DNA of 64,000 bases from Macrostomum hystrix (GCA_950097015.1 CATNEN010000002.1:7006001-7070000), one strand, 5' to 3'. Positions 12,465-25,066 are shown, numbered from the stretch's first letter. Made by a program: numbers and translations. The notes: generated by a model from the sequence alone, not told the origin.

Positions 12465-13465
12465 TAGGTTCATGGAAAACCCACTGAGATCCATAAGATG
12501 GGTTCAGGGCAACCCACAGGAGATTTAGAGGATGGGTTCAGGGGCAACCCACTGGAGATCCATAGTATGAGTTTAGGGGCAACCCACTAGAGATCCATAG
12601 GATGGGTTCATGGGCAACCCACTGGAGATTTAGAGGATGGGTTCAGGGGCAACCCACTGGAGATCAATAGGATGGGTTCAGGGGCAACCCACTGGAGATC
12701 CATATGATGGGTTCATGGGCAACCCACTGGAGATCCATATGATGGGTTCAGGCCTTCAGGGGCAACCCACTGGAGATCCATAGGATGGGTTCAGGGCAAC
12801 CCACTGGAGATCCATAGGATGGGTTCAGGGGCAACCCATTGGAGATCCATAGGATGGGTTCAGGGCAACCCACTGGAGATCCATAGGATGGGTTCAGGGG
12901 CAACCCATTGGAGATCCATAGGATGGGTTCAGGGCAACCCACTGGAGATCCATAGGATGGGTTCAGGGCAACCCACTGGAGATCCATAGGATGGGTTCAT
13001 GGGCAACCCACTGGAGATCCATAGGATGGGTTCAGGGGCAACCCACTGGAGATCCATTGTATGAGTTCAGGGGCAACCCACTGGAGATTTAGAGGATGGG
13101 TTCAGGGGCAACCCACTGGAGATTTAGAGGATGGGTTCAGGGGCAGCCCACTGGAGATTTAGAGGATGGGTTCAGGGGCAACCCACTGGAGATTTAGAGG
13201 ATGGGTTCAGGGGCAACCCACTGGAGATTTAGAGGATGGGTTCAGGGGCAACCCACTGGAGATCCATAGGATGGGTTCAGAGCAACCCACAGGAGATTTA
13301 GAGGATGGGTTCAGGGCAACCCACTGGAGATTTAGAGGATGGGTTCAGGGGCAACCCACTGGAGATCCATAGGATGGGTTCAGAGCAACCCACAGGAGAT
13401 TTAGAGGATGGGTTCAGGGCAACCCACAGGAGATTTAGAGGATGGGTTCAGGGGCAACCCACTGA
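12465..13465. repeat. 34/35-bp minisatellite (GGATGGGTTCAGGGGCAACCCACTGGAGATCCATA)
   Basis: About 28 copies with two tail variants (GATCCATA / GATTTAGA). Confidence 0.95.
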
Positions 13466-13598
13466 GAAAAAACCGAACACATCAAGAAGCCTGGTAGGGA
13501 GCAGAATTTTTGAAGGTGAGTCAGGTACATGTTAAAGTGATTGCGCAGGTGCACAAGTAGCCGCAGGTCCGCAGTCAGTTTAGGCAGCTGCTGGGCAG

Positions 13599-14057
13599 TC
13601 AGAGAGTCTCCACTGGCTGGCTGGGCGGTATGACCAGCACTGGTCTGTGCGCATGGTGCAGCACATAGTCTGACACGCTGCCCAGGAAGGTTCGCTTGAT
13701 GGCGCCGAGGCCGCGGCTGCCGATGATGATAATCGAGGCGTCCATCTCCTTAGCGGCCTCCGCGATGACGGCGCCGGCGCTGCTGTTGCTGCGCACTGGT
13801 TTGTGTACGAATCGCGTGGCGGCGCGGATTTTCAGCTGGGCGCAGCGGTCCGACACGCTGTCGGCGAGCTCGGCGACTCTCTTGTCGCCCTCGCCGGCTT
13901 CCCGGACGTGCACCAGCAGCAGCTCGTCGTCGTGACTGTTGATATTGGCCGCGTACCAGGCCAGAGCTCGATCGGAGTGTTCGCTGCCGTCCACGGCTAG
14001 CAGGACCTTGCGCACCAGGGTCAGGCGGATCTCAATGTTTGACTTGGAGGATTTCAT
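13599..14057 (-). CDS. Universal stress protein (UspA-like, ATP-binding type), 152 aa, intronless
   Basis: KVLLAVDGSEHSDRALAW at the N-terminus. GSRGLGAIKRTFLGSVSDYVLHHAHRPVLVIP carries the G-x2-G-x9-GS motif. ATG at 14057 follows a CCTTAG acceptor. Confidence 0.92.
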   Translation of the reverse strand: MKSSKSNIEIRLTLVRKVLLAVDGSEHSDRALAWYAANINSHDDELLLVHVREAGEGDKRVAELADSVSDRCAQLKIRAATRFVHKPVRSNSSAGAVIAEAAKEMDASIIIIGSRGLGAIKRTFLGSVSDYVLHHAHRPVLVIPPSQPVETL

Positions 14058-16490
14058 GGCTGCTAAGGATTGGGATTGCGTTTCGTGACTCCCTGCGCTG
14101 TCGGGCAGTTTTTTTGTTGTAATTTTTCTTCTCAAACTGTATCCTCTCGCACTCTTTTAAAAGTGGCGTGCATTGCTGCCTTGGGAGATGATGAGGAGGT
14201 CGTCCAACTCTGCTCTCTTTCGCCCACGTGTATTGCTGCTCCTCTATGCCCAGGGTCAAGCAGAGCTGCTCTCCTATTGGTTCATTCTGGCCTGCCTTGG
14301 AGATCTAAGTTGTTAGCTGCTGCATTAGGTGACAAAATCTCGCCTTCCTGCGCCCTGACATCCGTCCTTGTGTTCCTTGCCAGTGCGCCCTACGAATTCG
14401 CTGCCGAGATCCGCCCTGAGATATACCCGCAGATTACCTCAACTTCTTCCCTTATTGGGAAGAAATGCTTGATCCTTCACTCGGAATGGATATATCTTGA
14501 GAATTTGAAGGCGATACACGGCCCCGTGTCCGTGACAATCTGACCTTGGTACACGCCTAAGCACTCCAATGCTAGAGGCGCCTCGTTGTGCGTGCCTTGC
14601 GGGGATTGGTGTGAATTGTGGGCAATGCTGAGGTAGACAGCCAGTTTGCACTTTATTCTGTCTCACTGGCCTCTTGTTGCTAAGTGTTGTTTTCTACCAT
14701 TTGCAAAACTTTTCGCCTGTGTCTTGTGCGCCTGAGCAGCCATTTGAGCTGTTTCAATCGATCGTTATCGATCTTGGTTGGAATTTTGCATTGACCCGGT
14801 CAGCTTCCACTCCATCTCTCCCTGCTCATGGCGCCTCATCCGTTTCGATCTCTGCTTTTGTAAGAGTAAGATCGTTAAAGGTCGTGCGGGTCGCTTCTTA
14901 CCTGCGACCTGCAAATGCTAAATACTCGTAGATGTCTAAACAGAGATAGAGAGTCCTCTGTTCTATTTTGAGTTGCTGGCTGGCTGAGTGTTTGCAGCTG
15001 GGTCACTGCCAATTTCACGTTGCAGTTTAGTCGCCCGGATTGCATTTTTCATTAATCAATGTTGCGTGAATAATAAGCAAGCCTATGTCCCGGATCTGGG
15101 GCTGGGGAGAGGCCGTATGGAGTAGCAAAATGGCGTGGCACTCCGGATAGAACCAGTTTTTTTATAGTTAGCGGGGAGCTTCCTCTCAGGTTTGGGGCAG
15201 CTGGATTGTATTGTACTCCTAATTTAAAATGATGCTTAAAAATTTAATGATTATGCGGAAAGTGGATCCGGATAGGTGGCGACTTAATTATTGTTTCAGA
15301 AGGGGCACCACAAAATCTTAGCCTGTTGCTCTAGTTGCTCTAATGTTTTTGTATCGATATCCCCTAAGAGTTACAGTAAGCAGGGAGGCAGTTTGTTTGT
15401 TATTTGCTATCTCGTGCAGCACTCACTTGACAAGGCAAGTCACGTATGCGAGCCTGTTCGGACTCAAGCAGCTCCGGCTGCCGCTCGGAGTACATTGTAT
15501 TTCATTAGCGTCACTCTTCACTGAGCAGCTCCTGTTAATGATGAGTCGAGATGAGGACGGGACCAGCTGACTGCTTCGCTGACCCAGCCAGCCAGTCCGT
15601 GCATGAGGCAGTTTGTGCACTCGTCTGTCCCAGATCTCCCAGATTTCGTACTTCCTTGTCAACTCCATCTGTCTATTCCCCCTGCTCCTCACCCAATTCG
15701 TCTATCGAATAGGAGCTTTAGAAATCCCTTGGAAATTATCCCCGTCCGGGTCACTGGCTCGACGCTCCAGCCCCGGGGGTAGCGGCAGAAACAGCATGGA
15801 CAGCAGAGGATTGAAACAGGAGGGGAGTTTGCGAGAGAAGAAAATGATTTGCCTGCCGGTTCAGCAATGAGTACCATGGCCAGTACTCAGAGCAAATTCT
15901 AGGTTTCTGTGCTCATAAATGTTAATCAGAGAATTCCGGCCCCGCCTCACCGGCCTGGAGAGAATCCGCTCTCTTGCCCTCTCTCTCTCTGTGTAGCTTT
16001 TTTGAGTCGAAGCAGAATGATGATTGAAAGTGCTTCTTTGTGAAGGGTTTCGCCAGGCATTGGTGGGAGGGGCCCAGCGATGACTGCTTTATGAAAGATG
16101 GAAGAATTCTGTCAGGTTCAATTGATTATAGGGTCTGACAAGTGCCTTCACTTTCTTTCCTGTTCTTAATTTTTTAAGATGAAAAATGCACTGAAGTGGT
16201 ACACAGTTAAGTCCGTTGGTCTCGGCTTTATGTACTTGCTGTTCAGAACTCGCATAATTTATTTTTTATAGTTAGTTGAGCTCATCCTCGCTTTGTAGCT
16301 GCCCGTGCTCTGGTTAAGTCTGTACTATCCCCTCCCATTGTCCAGCAACACCTATAATCAGTGCTTGCTCGCTAACAGAATTGCTCACCTTGTCGCTCTC
16401 CCCGCAGCCCACCACCATCTTGCATCGCACAAGAGCTCACAACAAGTGAATGTCTGAGCAGCTGTGACAAGCTAGAGATACCCAGGCACA

Positions 16491-19391
16491 ATGGACGAAC
16501 TCGTCCAATCCACATTGCGCATCTCCGTCGCCCGTCTCTGCCTCGGCCACGGCTGGCACGCGGCCGATGGCGACTGTCTGTACGCCCTCTCGGACGTTCT
16601 GCACCTGTACCTGGCCCGCCTCTGCCATTCAGTGGCTCAGCTAGCCGAACTGCGCCGGCTTCAGTCGCCTCAGCTGGCCGACTTTCTTCGCGCTCTTTCG
16701 GAGGCCGGCCTGGACGAGCCGGACGCCAGAGAGTACCTGGCCGCATGCGGCAAGCTGGCGCCGTTTCCTCGCGCATTCTCAGCCTGTCCGGTTCACCGGG
16801 CGGACGAGTTGAACTGGCCGAGCGAGGCGGAGCTCAACGCCGAGCTGGTCGCGGGCGACCGGCCGGAGCACCTGTCCGAGCACCTGCCGCTCAGGCGGCG
16901 CAAGGAGGCCGATGACCTTGCCGCTGGCACTAACGACGCTTCAGCCGTTGAAGAGGTCGACGACATCGAGGCGGCTGGAGGAACATTGTCATCCTCGATA
17001 GTTTCATCCTCATTCGACGGAGCCACTGCGTTGTCTGCTTCAGCTTTGAAGCAACAGCAGCAGCAGCAGCAGCTGTTGCGCGACTGCTACGGCAACCGGG
17101 TAGGACCGTCTCGATTCGCAATGCGCCTAGTTGCCATGGCAAGCGACGGGCGGGTCGTCCCGCTGACCTCGCGGCAGGCCGGAGTCGCGCCGAGTTCCCG
17201 GCCGCCGCCGGAGACTTTCCGCAGCCGACCGCGGCCGCACCCGGACAGGCGCCGAACAGCCGAGACTCTCGGACACGACTGGCTGAACAGCGGCTCCGAC
17301 TCTGAGCCCGAGTTCAACGGCGGCGGAGGCGCCGGGCTTCGTCGAGGCGCCGAAGCTGCCAACGAGTCGATTGGCTTTGGAGGCGACTCTATGGATGTGC
17401 CAACAACGGCGTCTGCCACGGCTGGTGGCGCGGCGGGTACGGCTGCGGCACAGTCCGCTGGCATCGGCGGCAGCGACTTCAGCGGCAACGACAGCAACGA
17501 AGACTCCTCGGACCAGCCGGTCGTCATCAGCCGTCGCGATCTGTCATCTCTCGCCGCTGTCGACGAAGGCAGCCTTCAGGGAAGACCGTCGGCCACTTCT
17601 GCGGCGACGGCGGCGTCGGGGAACGCGACGGCAGCCACAGCGCAGAGTCGATTTGCCGACAATCTGGACGAGATACTCGACAATCTGCCGGAGGAGCTGG
17701 ATGACTCCATTCTGAAAAAGTCGACTGCTCTGGCCACGGCTGCCGAGGCGACTTTGCTGGCGTCTAATGAGACGGCGATGTCAGCGACCCCTGCTGTGCG
17801 GAAAGTGTCAGCTGGACGTGGCAAAAGAAAATCAACTTTTTCGAAGGCAGCTGCGTCGGCCGCGGCTGCAGCAATGACAAAGACGACCACAGCTTCAGCT
17901 TCGGCTTTGGCTGTGTTGGAAAAGCCTTCATTTCCTGCGGCATCGCCAGAATCCGTTCTTCCATTAGCTGCGGTTACCCCAGCCGCTGCCACTGGTGCAG
18001 CTCAAATGAGCAATTCCGACATTGTTGCATTGTCTCCGTCAGACCCGTTCGCATTCAACAACGTCGACGCCATGGACTCTGTTTTCCCGGTAGCCAGCCG
18101 CGACACCGAAAGCGTCGGCGGTGGTGGCGGTAACACTCCAGACTCCACCGACACGCTGCCCGCCGTTGGACCCGACGACGGCAGTCATCGACACACTCCA
18201 ACGTCGCCTCCGCTGACTCCGTCCGCCCCTGTTTCCATAGCAACTATAGCCGCTTCGCCACCGCTGCGAATGAAGCTGAAGCTGCCGACTACCGCGCCTC
18301 CGCCTCCAGCGCAGCAGCCGCTCGGCCTCTTCGACACTCTGGACGAATACGACGACGACGTTGAGCTTCCGGAAGATTTCGAACAGCCAGAATCAGAACT
18401 GGTTGAAGATGTTGTCCAGAAGTCCTCATCGAAGCGCGTCTCTCGCGAAGGCAAGCGCCGCCGTCATCATTCGCCATCAAAGGTATCGGTTGCGGCGTTA
18501 GAGGCTACGGCTTTGACAGCTGCGCCGGCCCCTCCAATCGCAGCGGCTGTCCCGAAGCTCACCATACGATTGGGCTCCGCCCCAGTCACCGTCGAGTCTC
18601 TGTCGCCGCCGTCTGCTCCCGCGCAGCAGCCGCCACCGATTTCGCCGCCGCTACCTCAGCCTCCGCCTCCGCCGCCGGTCACACAGTCCATTAAACTGAA
18701 GATCAGCATCGGCGGGGTTCGAGTCCTGGACCAATCATCGGCTGCGTCAGCTGACGATAGTCGAAGCCACGTAGTCGTGGTGAAGTCTCCGCCGCCCCCT
18801 CTCAGCCCGGCCATGCCGGTCCTGTCGGCCATGGACTCGCCGCGCTCCTTTGCCGACCCTGAGTCGGCATTCAAATTCGACAACTTCCAAGACCATTGTC
18901 AGGAAGTGAAGAGGCCGACAGGCGGGGCAGCTTCTGGCCGATCCAGAGCCGGCCGCAGTCGGCCGCGCGGCCCAGCCGGTCGCCACTCCGCCGTCCAGGC
19001 GGGACGGCAGTCCTCGGCCGCCTCGCTGCCAACCAGCGTCACTGTTGTGCAGCACGAGGCCTCCTATTACTTCGACGCCGACGGCAACCAGATCTGGCTG
19101 TGTCCGGCCTGCTCTGAGGAGGACGACGGCAGCCTGATGATCGGCTGCTCGCGCTGCGAGGACTGGTACCACGCCATCTGCCTGGGCTTCGTCGAGCCGC
19201 CGCCGGAGGACGAGGACTGGCTCTGCCCGAAGTGCCGCGGACATCCGGTGCGCCGCGTGGCCAACCGGGCCGAGCTGATGGCCAGGGCGGACGCCGGCCT
19301 GCCCCTGGCGCCCGCTCCGGCGGCGTCGCTGACACCGTCGGCTGCGTCCGCGTCTTATCGACCGCCGCCAAATAAAAAGCGGAGACGATGA
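16491..19391 (+). CDS. TAF3: TFIID subunit 3-like: bromodomain-associated histone fold, long low-complexity linker, C-terminal PHD finger; 966 aa, intronless
   Basis: LRISVARLCLGHGWHAA..CLYALSDVL..YL histone fold and YYFDADGNQIWLCPACSEEDDGSLMIGCSRCEDWYHAICLG..WLCPKC. C-terminal NLS-like KKRRR. Confidence 0.92.
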   Translation: MDELVQSTLRISVARLCLGHGWHAADGDCLYALSDVLHLYLARLCHSVAQLAELRRLQSPQLADFLRALSEAGLDEPDAREYLAACGKLAPFPRAFSACPVHRADELNWPSEAELNAELVAGDRPEHLSEHLPLRRRKEADDLAAGTNDASAVEEVDDIEAAGGTLSSSIVSSSFDGATALSASALKQQQQQQQLLRDCYGNRVGPSRFAMRLVAMASDGRVVPLTSRQAGVAPSSRPPPETFRSRPRPHPDRRRTAETLGHDWLNSGSDSEPEFNGGGGAGLRRGAEAANESIGFGGDSMDVPTTASATAGGAAGTAAAQSAGIGGSDFSGNDSNEDSSDQPVVISRRDLSSLAAVDEGSLQGRPSATSAATAASGNATAATAQSRFADNLDEILDNLPEELDDSILKKSTALATAAEATLLASNETAMSATPAVRKVSAGRGKRKSTFSKAAASAAAAAMTKTTTASASALAVLEKPSFPAASPESVLPLAAVTPAAATGAAQMSNSDIVALSPSDPFAFNNVDAMDSVFPVASRDTESVGGGGGNTPDSTDTLPAVGPDDGSHRHTPTSPPLTPSAPVSIATIAASPPLRMKLKLPTTAPPPPAQQPLGLFDTLDEYDDDVELPEDFEQPESELVEDVVQKSSSKRVSREGKRRRHHSPSKVSVAALEATALTAAPAPPIAAAVPKLTIRLGSAPVTVESLSPPSAPAQQPPPISPPLPQPPPPPPVTQSIKLKISIGGVRVLDQSSAASADDSRSHVVVVKSPPPPLSPAMPVLSAMDSPRSFADPESAFKFDNFQDHCQEVKRPTGGAASGRSRAGRSRPRGPAGRHSAVQAGRQSSAASLPTSVTVVQHEASYYFDADGNQIWLCPACSEEDDGSLMIGCSRCEDWYHAICLGFVEPPPEDEDWLCPKCRGHPVRRVANRAELMARADAGLPLAPAPAASLTPSAASASYRPPPNKKRRR

Positions 19392-19439
19392 CCTGCGGAT
19401 GATAAATTTTACTTGCTACGATACAAATTAGAATCGCAT

Positions 19440-19815
19440 TTGAGTCGATAGAAAATTATCCTTAGCTTTGGGATTCGAGTCGATGGGAAGTTATCATTGG
19501 CTTTGGGATTTGAGTCGATGGGAAATTATCCTTATCTTTAGGATTCGAGTCGATAGAAAATTATCCTTAGCTTTGGGATTCGAGTCGATGGGAAGTTATC
19601 CTTGGCTTTGGGATTTGAGTCGATGGGAAATTATCCTTATCTTTAGGATTCGAGTCGATAGAAAATTATCCTTAGCTTTGGGATTCGAGTCGATGGGAAG
19701 TTATCCTTGGCTTTGGGATTTGAGTCGATGGGAAATTATCCTTATCTTTAGGATTCGAGTCGATGGGAAGTTATCCTTAGCTTGGGGATTTGAGTCGATG
19801 GGAAGTTATCCTTGG
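19440..19815. repeat. 35-bp monomers arranged as a 105-bp trimeric higher-order repeat
   Basis: Three monomer variants recur in fixed order. The conceptual translation has a 35-aa period. Confidence 0.9.
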
Positions 19816-20459
19816 CTTTAAGAGCAGAAATTGTCCATAGCTTTTAAATGCGACATAAAAGTTAGTCATTGCTTTCTTCGAATATTATACAATGTGATGA
19901 GGTACGTAGCCTAAATTCGATTAATTCACATTTCAACTCATTTGGGATGAATAGTTGAGCTAAGCTGGCTTAAACTCAATTCATCCTCATGCAGCTAGGC
20001 TGAGCACAGTTATTTTGCCTTCGCAGGTAAGTCAGGTCGCATGTTAAGTGCGCGCCTCCTAAATCCTACATGGTTGCCTACTAAAAGCAATTCTGTTCTG
20101 TAGTAGAAATTTTCTTTTTAAAAATAGTTTGACACGCCTGACTGCTCTGACTGGGAGCCAAGCTAAACTGCTGCTTCTCTACCTTTAGGTCTCCTGTTTC
20201 ATTATGAGCATGTGTACATGTAAATATTCTAGTTAAATCACTATGGTCGCGACGTGATGTTATAAATACACGCTTTGTTATCAGCGAAGCTTTTTCGATT
20301 TGCTCATTTCCATTGTCTATGGCTTTTTTACTTTGCTTGAGCTTTTTTTGCTTAGGTTTAAAATAAGACTCCACGGACTGAAGAATTTTAAATTACCTTC
20401 GTAAGCTCCATCAAATCATAGTTAGATATTTTAAGGTTCGATTATACGAATCAGTCTAG

Positions 20460-20795
20460 TAATAATAATAATTGTTACGGGCAATGGCACACAATTTTGT
20501 GACACTATACTTACAGCCAGCGAGGAGGAAATTACGCCCATTCGGCTGACTCCTGAGCACACTTGCACACAGGGAATGTACATCTGTCTTGACTTTCTCA
20601 TTGTCAGGCAGTGTACACTTTCACTGTCCTTGAAGGTTGGCTTTCAAGGGCGTAAATTGCATGACAAGCCCCACGCCTTCTCTCCGCGGCTGCGCCCCAA
20701 ATAAATGTGGCCTCGCCGCGGAATCGAGCTCAGGGACCTTGGTGCGAGAGGCGACCGCTCTAATCGCGTTAATCGCGTCACCGACCTCCCCACTA
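20460..20795 (-). mobile_element. tRNA-derived SINE copy, full length with (ATT)n tail
   Basis: Reverse complement matches the SINE consensus and ends ...TGTGCCATTGCCCGTAACAATTATTATTA. Confidence 0.85.
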
Positions 20796-20861
20796 ATAAG
20801 TCTTTGTTACGAAGTCCCTGTAATTAAGTTGAACTGCACTGCCAAATCGGCCTCATTGCAG

Positions 20862-22668
20862 AAACTTCGTCTGTTCAGCTGGGGCGCCAATTCCTACGGC
20901 CAGCTCGGGCTCGGCCACGCGGTCGACACCGAACTGCCGGCGCCAGTGCCGCTTCCTGCGGCGGCTGCATCGGCGACAACTTCTGGCGCTGCCTCTGGTT
21001 CCGGTTCTTCTTTTAATGCCGCAGGGGATGTCGAAAATGCTTTTGATGTAGATTCGAATCTGAATTCTTGTTCCGGTACAGCCTCCGCAACAGCTTCCGG
21101 TTCCAGTACTGGTACAGCTTCCGCAACAGCTTCCGGTTCCAGTAGTGGTACAGCCTCCGCAACAGCTTCCGGTTCCAGTAGTGGTACAGCCTCCGCAACA
21201 GCTTCCGGTTCCAGTAGTGGTACAGCCTCCGCAACAGCTTCCGGTTCCAGTACTGGTACAGCCTCCGCAACAGCTTCCGGTGCAGCTTCGGATGCGGCTC
21301 TTGGTGTCTCAGTGGGCGGTGGTCATTCGATCCTTCTGCTGCCTTCTCGACCGGAGCCTCTGGTCTGCGGCTGGGATCTCGCCGGACAATCTGGCGGCGC
21401 GGGCGGTCACCTGTTCACTCCCGTGCCGTCTTTAATTGGAAGAAAAATTGTAACGGCAGCGGCCGGCTGGGATTTCAGCCTTCTGCTGGACTCTGATGGC
21501 CGCCTGTTCGCATTGGGCAACAACAGTCGCGGGCAGTGCGGCCAGCTGCCTAGCTCTGCTCAAGTTCTGAGACAGGCGACGCCAGTGCCAATGCCGGCGA
21601 AGGACGACGAAGCTGTGAAGGCCTGCTCCGCTGGTATGCGGCACGGCGTAGCATGCACACGAATGCATCGGCGAGTTGTCACCTGGGGCTGCGGACGGAG
21701 AGGCCAGGTAAGCTGCTAATCGAGGAATGGAGTCGGTGAGGGGCTAGGCGGAGGTGGGGTGGGTGTGGTGGTAATTGGGGGTTGGGTGGGTCAGGTGCTA
21801 CTTGGTAATGGGGTAGTTAGTGTGCTAAGTGGAATAAGGGTTGGTGGGGTGCTAAGCGGAGTTGGGGTTGGTGGGGTGCTAAGCGGAGTTGGGGTTGGTG
21901 GGGTGCTAAGCGGAGTTGGGGTTGGTGGGGTGGGGTGAATGTTTTGGCGGGTTCTTAGTGTTGTAAATATCTCGATTCGCTCCTCCGCCTCTGACATCTC
22001 AGCTCGGCCGTTCTGGCGGTCCCGAACCCGCCGAGGTCGCTGCGCTGGCGGAGCCGGCCGTATCGGCAGCTGCCGGCACCTCGCACTCGGCCGTTCTCAC
22101 AGCTAGCGGCAGCGTTTTCGTCTGGGGCGACAATCGACGCGGTCAGTGCGGCCGATCGCCGACTGAGTCGGCCCAGTTCGATCGGCCTGTTCCGCTGGGC
22201 GGGGTTTTAGAGGCCGAACCTAAAGAGAGGGCGGAAGCGAAGGCTGAGACGGCGGATGCCGTGGCGGTGTCGCTGCACTCAGGCTGGTCCCATTTGCTCC
22301 TGTTGACTCGCTCCGGCCGCCTGCTCAGCTGGGGTCGCCACGACCTCGGCCAGTTGGGTCGGCCGGCCGATTCTGGCGACGCCTGGCAGCCGCTGCCGGT
22401 CGCAATTCCTGAGGACTGTCGAGTTGTGCGGGCTGCCTGTGGAGCCGAGCATTCTGCATGCGTAGTCGAAGATCCAACGGGAAATGCGGCTGCCCTCACC
22501 TGGGGTTGGAACGAGCACGGCATCTGTGGCCTCGGATCTGATGAGGAGTTCTTGACCAGGCCCACGGCCTTGGAGACTATTTCCGGGCGGCTGGTTGGGG
22601 CGGAAGTCAAACCGGAAGCTGTCTTTGCTGGTGGCGGCTGCACATTTCTCATTGTGTCTCTAAAATAA
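20862..22668 (+). CDS. SERGEF: RCC1-repeat protein, SERGEF/DelGEF-like; exons 20862-21707 and 22003-22668; start-codon exon not identified
   Basis: LFSWGANSYGQLGLGH, GGGHS, AAAGWDFSLLL, GNNSRGQCG, AGMRHG, WGDNRRGQC, SGWSHLL, WGRHDLGQLG, CGAEHS, WGWNEHGICGLG and AGGGCTF. Phase-0 GT-AG intron at 21708-22002. Confidence 0.85.
21070..21280 (+). repeat. 36-bp in-frame tandem repeat encoding (GTASATASGSSS)n
   Basis: About 5.5 copies inside the SERGEF-like ORF. Confidence 0.9.
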
Positions 22669-22704
22669 GATACTTGCTCTTTGTTTTCTGAAACAGAGCC
22701 AGAA

Positions 22705-23280
22705 GTTTCAACGGAAGCTGCAACGGAAGTGGAAATTTGAATGGAAGCTGCTACGGAAGTGGAAATTTGAATGGAAGCTGCTACGGAAGTGGAAATTTGA
22801 ATGGAAGCTGCAACGGAAGTGGAAATTTGAATGGAAGCTGCAACGGAAGTGGAAATTTGAATGGAAGCTGCTACGGAAGTGGAAATTTGAATGGAAGCTG
22901 CAACGGAAGTGGAAATTTGAATGGAAGCTGCAACGGAAGTGGAAATTTGAATGGAAGCTGCAACGGAAGTGGAAATTTGAATGGAAGCTGCAACGGAAGT
23001 GGAAATTTGAATGGAAGCTGCAACGGAAGTGGAAATTTGAATGGAAGCTGCAACGGAAGTGGAAATTTGAATGGAAGCTGCAACGGAAGTGGAAATTTGA
23101 ATGGAAGCTGCTACGGAAGTGGAAATTTGAATGGAAGCTGCTACGGAAGTGGAAATTTGAATGGAAGCTGCTACGGAAGTGGAAATTTGAATGGAAGCTG
23201 CTACGGAAGTGGAAATTTGAATGGAAGCTGCAACGGAAGTGGGAATTTGAATGGAAGCTGCTACGGAAGCAGAAGTTTCA
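22705..23280. repeat. 30-bp minisatellite (GGAAGTGGAAATTTGAATGGAAGCTGCAAC)
   Basis: About 19 copies just 3' of the SERGEF stop. The NGSCNGSGNL ORF is an artefact of the 30-bp period. Confidence 0.95.
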
Positions 23281-23824
23281 GCGGAATCGGCTAAAGTGCA
23301 AGCTCGGCTGATTTTGATCCGTCTGCTGCCATCATACTGGCAGGCTATTCATTAGTGTGATTATGTGCCTAATCAGAGTTTTGGTCTGTTGTATTTGTAC
23401 TCTTATAGAGCGCATTTAATATCTATAATTCATATAGACAGAATTGTTGATTGATTATAAGTTTGAAGTGTAGAAATTTTTCTTTGTGTTTTTTTCTTTA
23501 CAAGCTTGAAGACAATTTTAGGTTTTACTTAAAAATCAACTCGAATGTTATTTTTCTCGTGTTTCTGGGTTCGCTCCTTATTCCAGGGGTCGGCAGCTCT
23601 ACATACTTGCGAGAATATAAGGTTGTAAGGGCCTATGCGAGAATACGAAAGGTACTTCTGTGGTGTTGGGCTGGAGAAAGATTATCGTTGACTAATACGG
23701 TGGAGAGAAGACACAGCGGAGAGACAAGACAGTGGAGAGATGTGATGTTAAGACAGCGGAGAGGCGATAAGGGAGCAGAGAAATGGGACAGAAGAGATTG
23801 GACAACAGAGCGGATTTAGAGGAG

Positions 23825-25066
23825 CAGAGAGATAGGACAGCAGAGAGATGGGACAGCAGAGAGATGGGACAGCAGAGAGATGGGACAGCAGAGAGATGGG
23901 ACAGCAGAAAGATGGGACAGCAGAGAGATGGGACAGCAGAGAGATGGGACAGCAGAGATGGGACAGCAGAGAGATGGGACAGCAGAGAGATGGGACAGCA
24001 GAGATGGGACAGCAGAGAGATGGGACAGCAGAGAGATGGGGCAGCAGAGAGATGGGGCAGCAGAGAGATGGGACAGCAGAGATGGGACAGCAGAGATGGG
24101 ACAGCAGAGAGATGGGACAGTAGTGATGGGACAGCAGAGATGGGACAGCAGAGTGATGGGACAGCAGTGAGATGGGACAGCAGAAAGATGGGACAGCAGA
24201 GATGGGACAGCAGAGATGGGACAGCAGAGTGATGGGACAGCAGAGAGATGGGACAGCAGAGAGATGGGACAGCAGAAAGATGGGACAGCAGAGAGATAGG
24301 ACAGCAGAGAGATGGGACAGCAGAGATGGGACAGCAGAAAGATGGGACAGCAGAGAGATGGGACAGCAGAAAGATGGGACAGCAGAGAGATGGGACAGCA
24401 GAGAGATGGGACAGCAGAGATGGGACAGCAGTGAGACGGGACAGCAGAGATGGGACAGCAGAGAGATGGGACAGCAGAAAGATGGGGCAGCAGAGAGATG
24501 GGACAGCAGAGAGATGGGACAGCAGAGATGGGACAGCAGAGATGGGACAGCAGAGAGATGGGGCAGCAGAGAGATGGGACAGCAGAGATGGGACAGCAGA
24601 GAGATGGGACAGCAGAGAGATCGGACAGCAGAGAGATGGGACAGCAGAAAGATGGGACAGCAGAGAGATAGGACAGCAGAGAGATGGGACAGCAGAGATG
24701 GGACAGCAGTGAGACGGGACAGCAGAGATGGGACAGCAGTGAGATAGGACAGCAGAGTGATGGGACAGCAGAGATGGGACAGCAGAGAGATGGGTCAGCA
24801 GAGAGATGGGACAGCAGAAAGATGGGACAGCAGAAAGATGGGACAGCAGAGAGATGGGACAGCAGAGAGATGGGACAGCAGAGAGATGGGACAGCAGAGA
24901 GATGGGACAGCAGAGATGGGACAGCAGAGAGATGGGACAGCAGTGAGATGGGACAGCAGAGAGATGGGACAGCAGAGAGATGGGACAGCAGTGAGATGGG
25001 ACAGCAGAGAGATGGGACAGCAGAGATGGGACAGCAGAGATGGGACAGCAGAGATGAGACAGCAGG
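23825..25066. repeat. 14/16-bp satellite (GATGGGACAGCAGA[GA])
   Basis: About 80 tandem copies. Confidence 0.95.
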
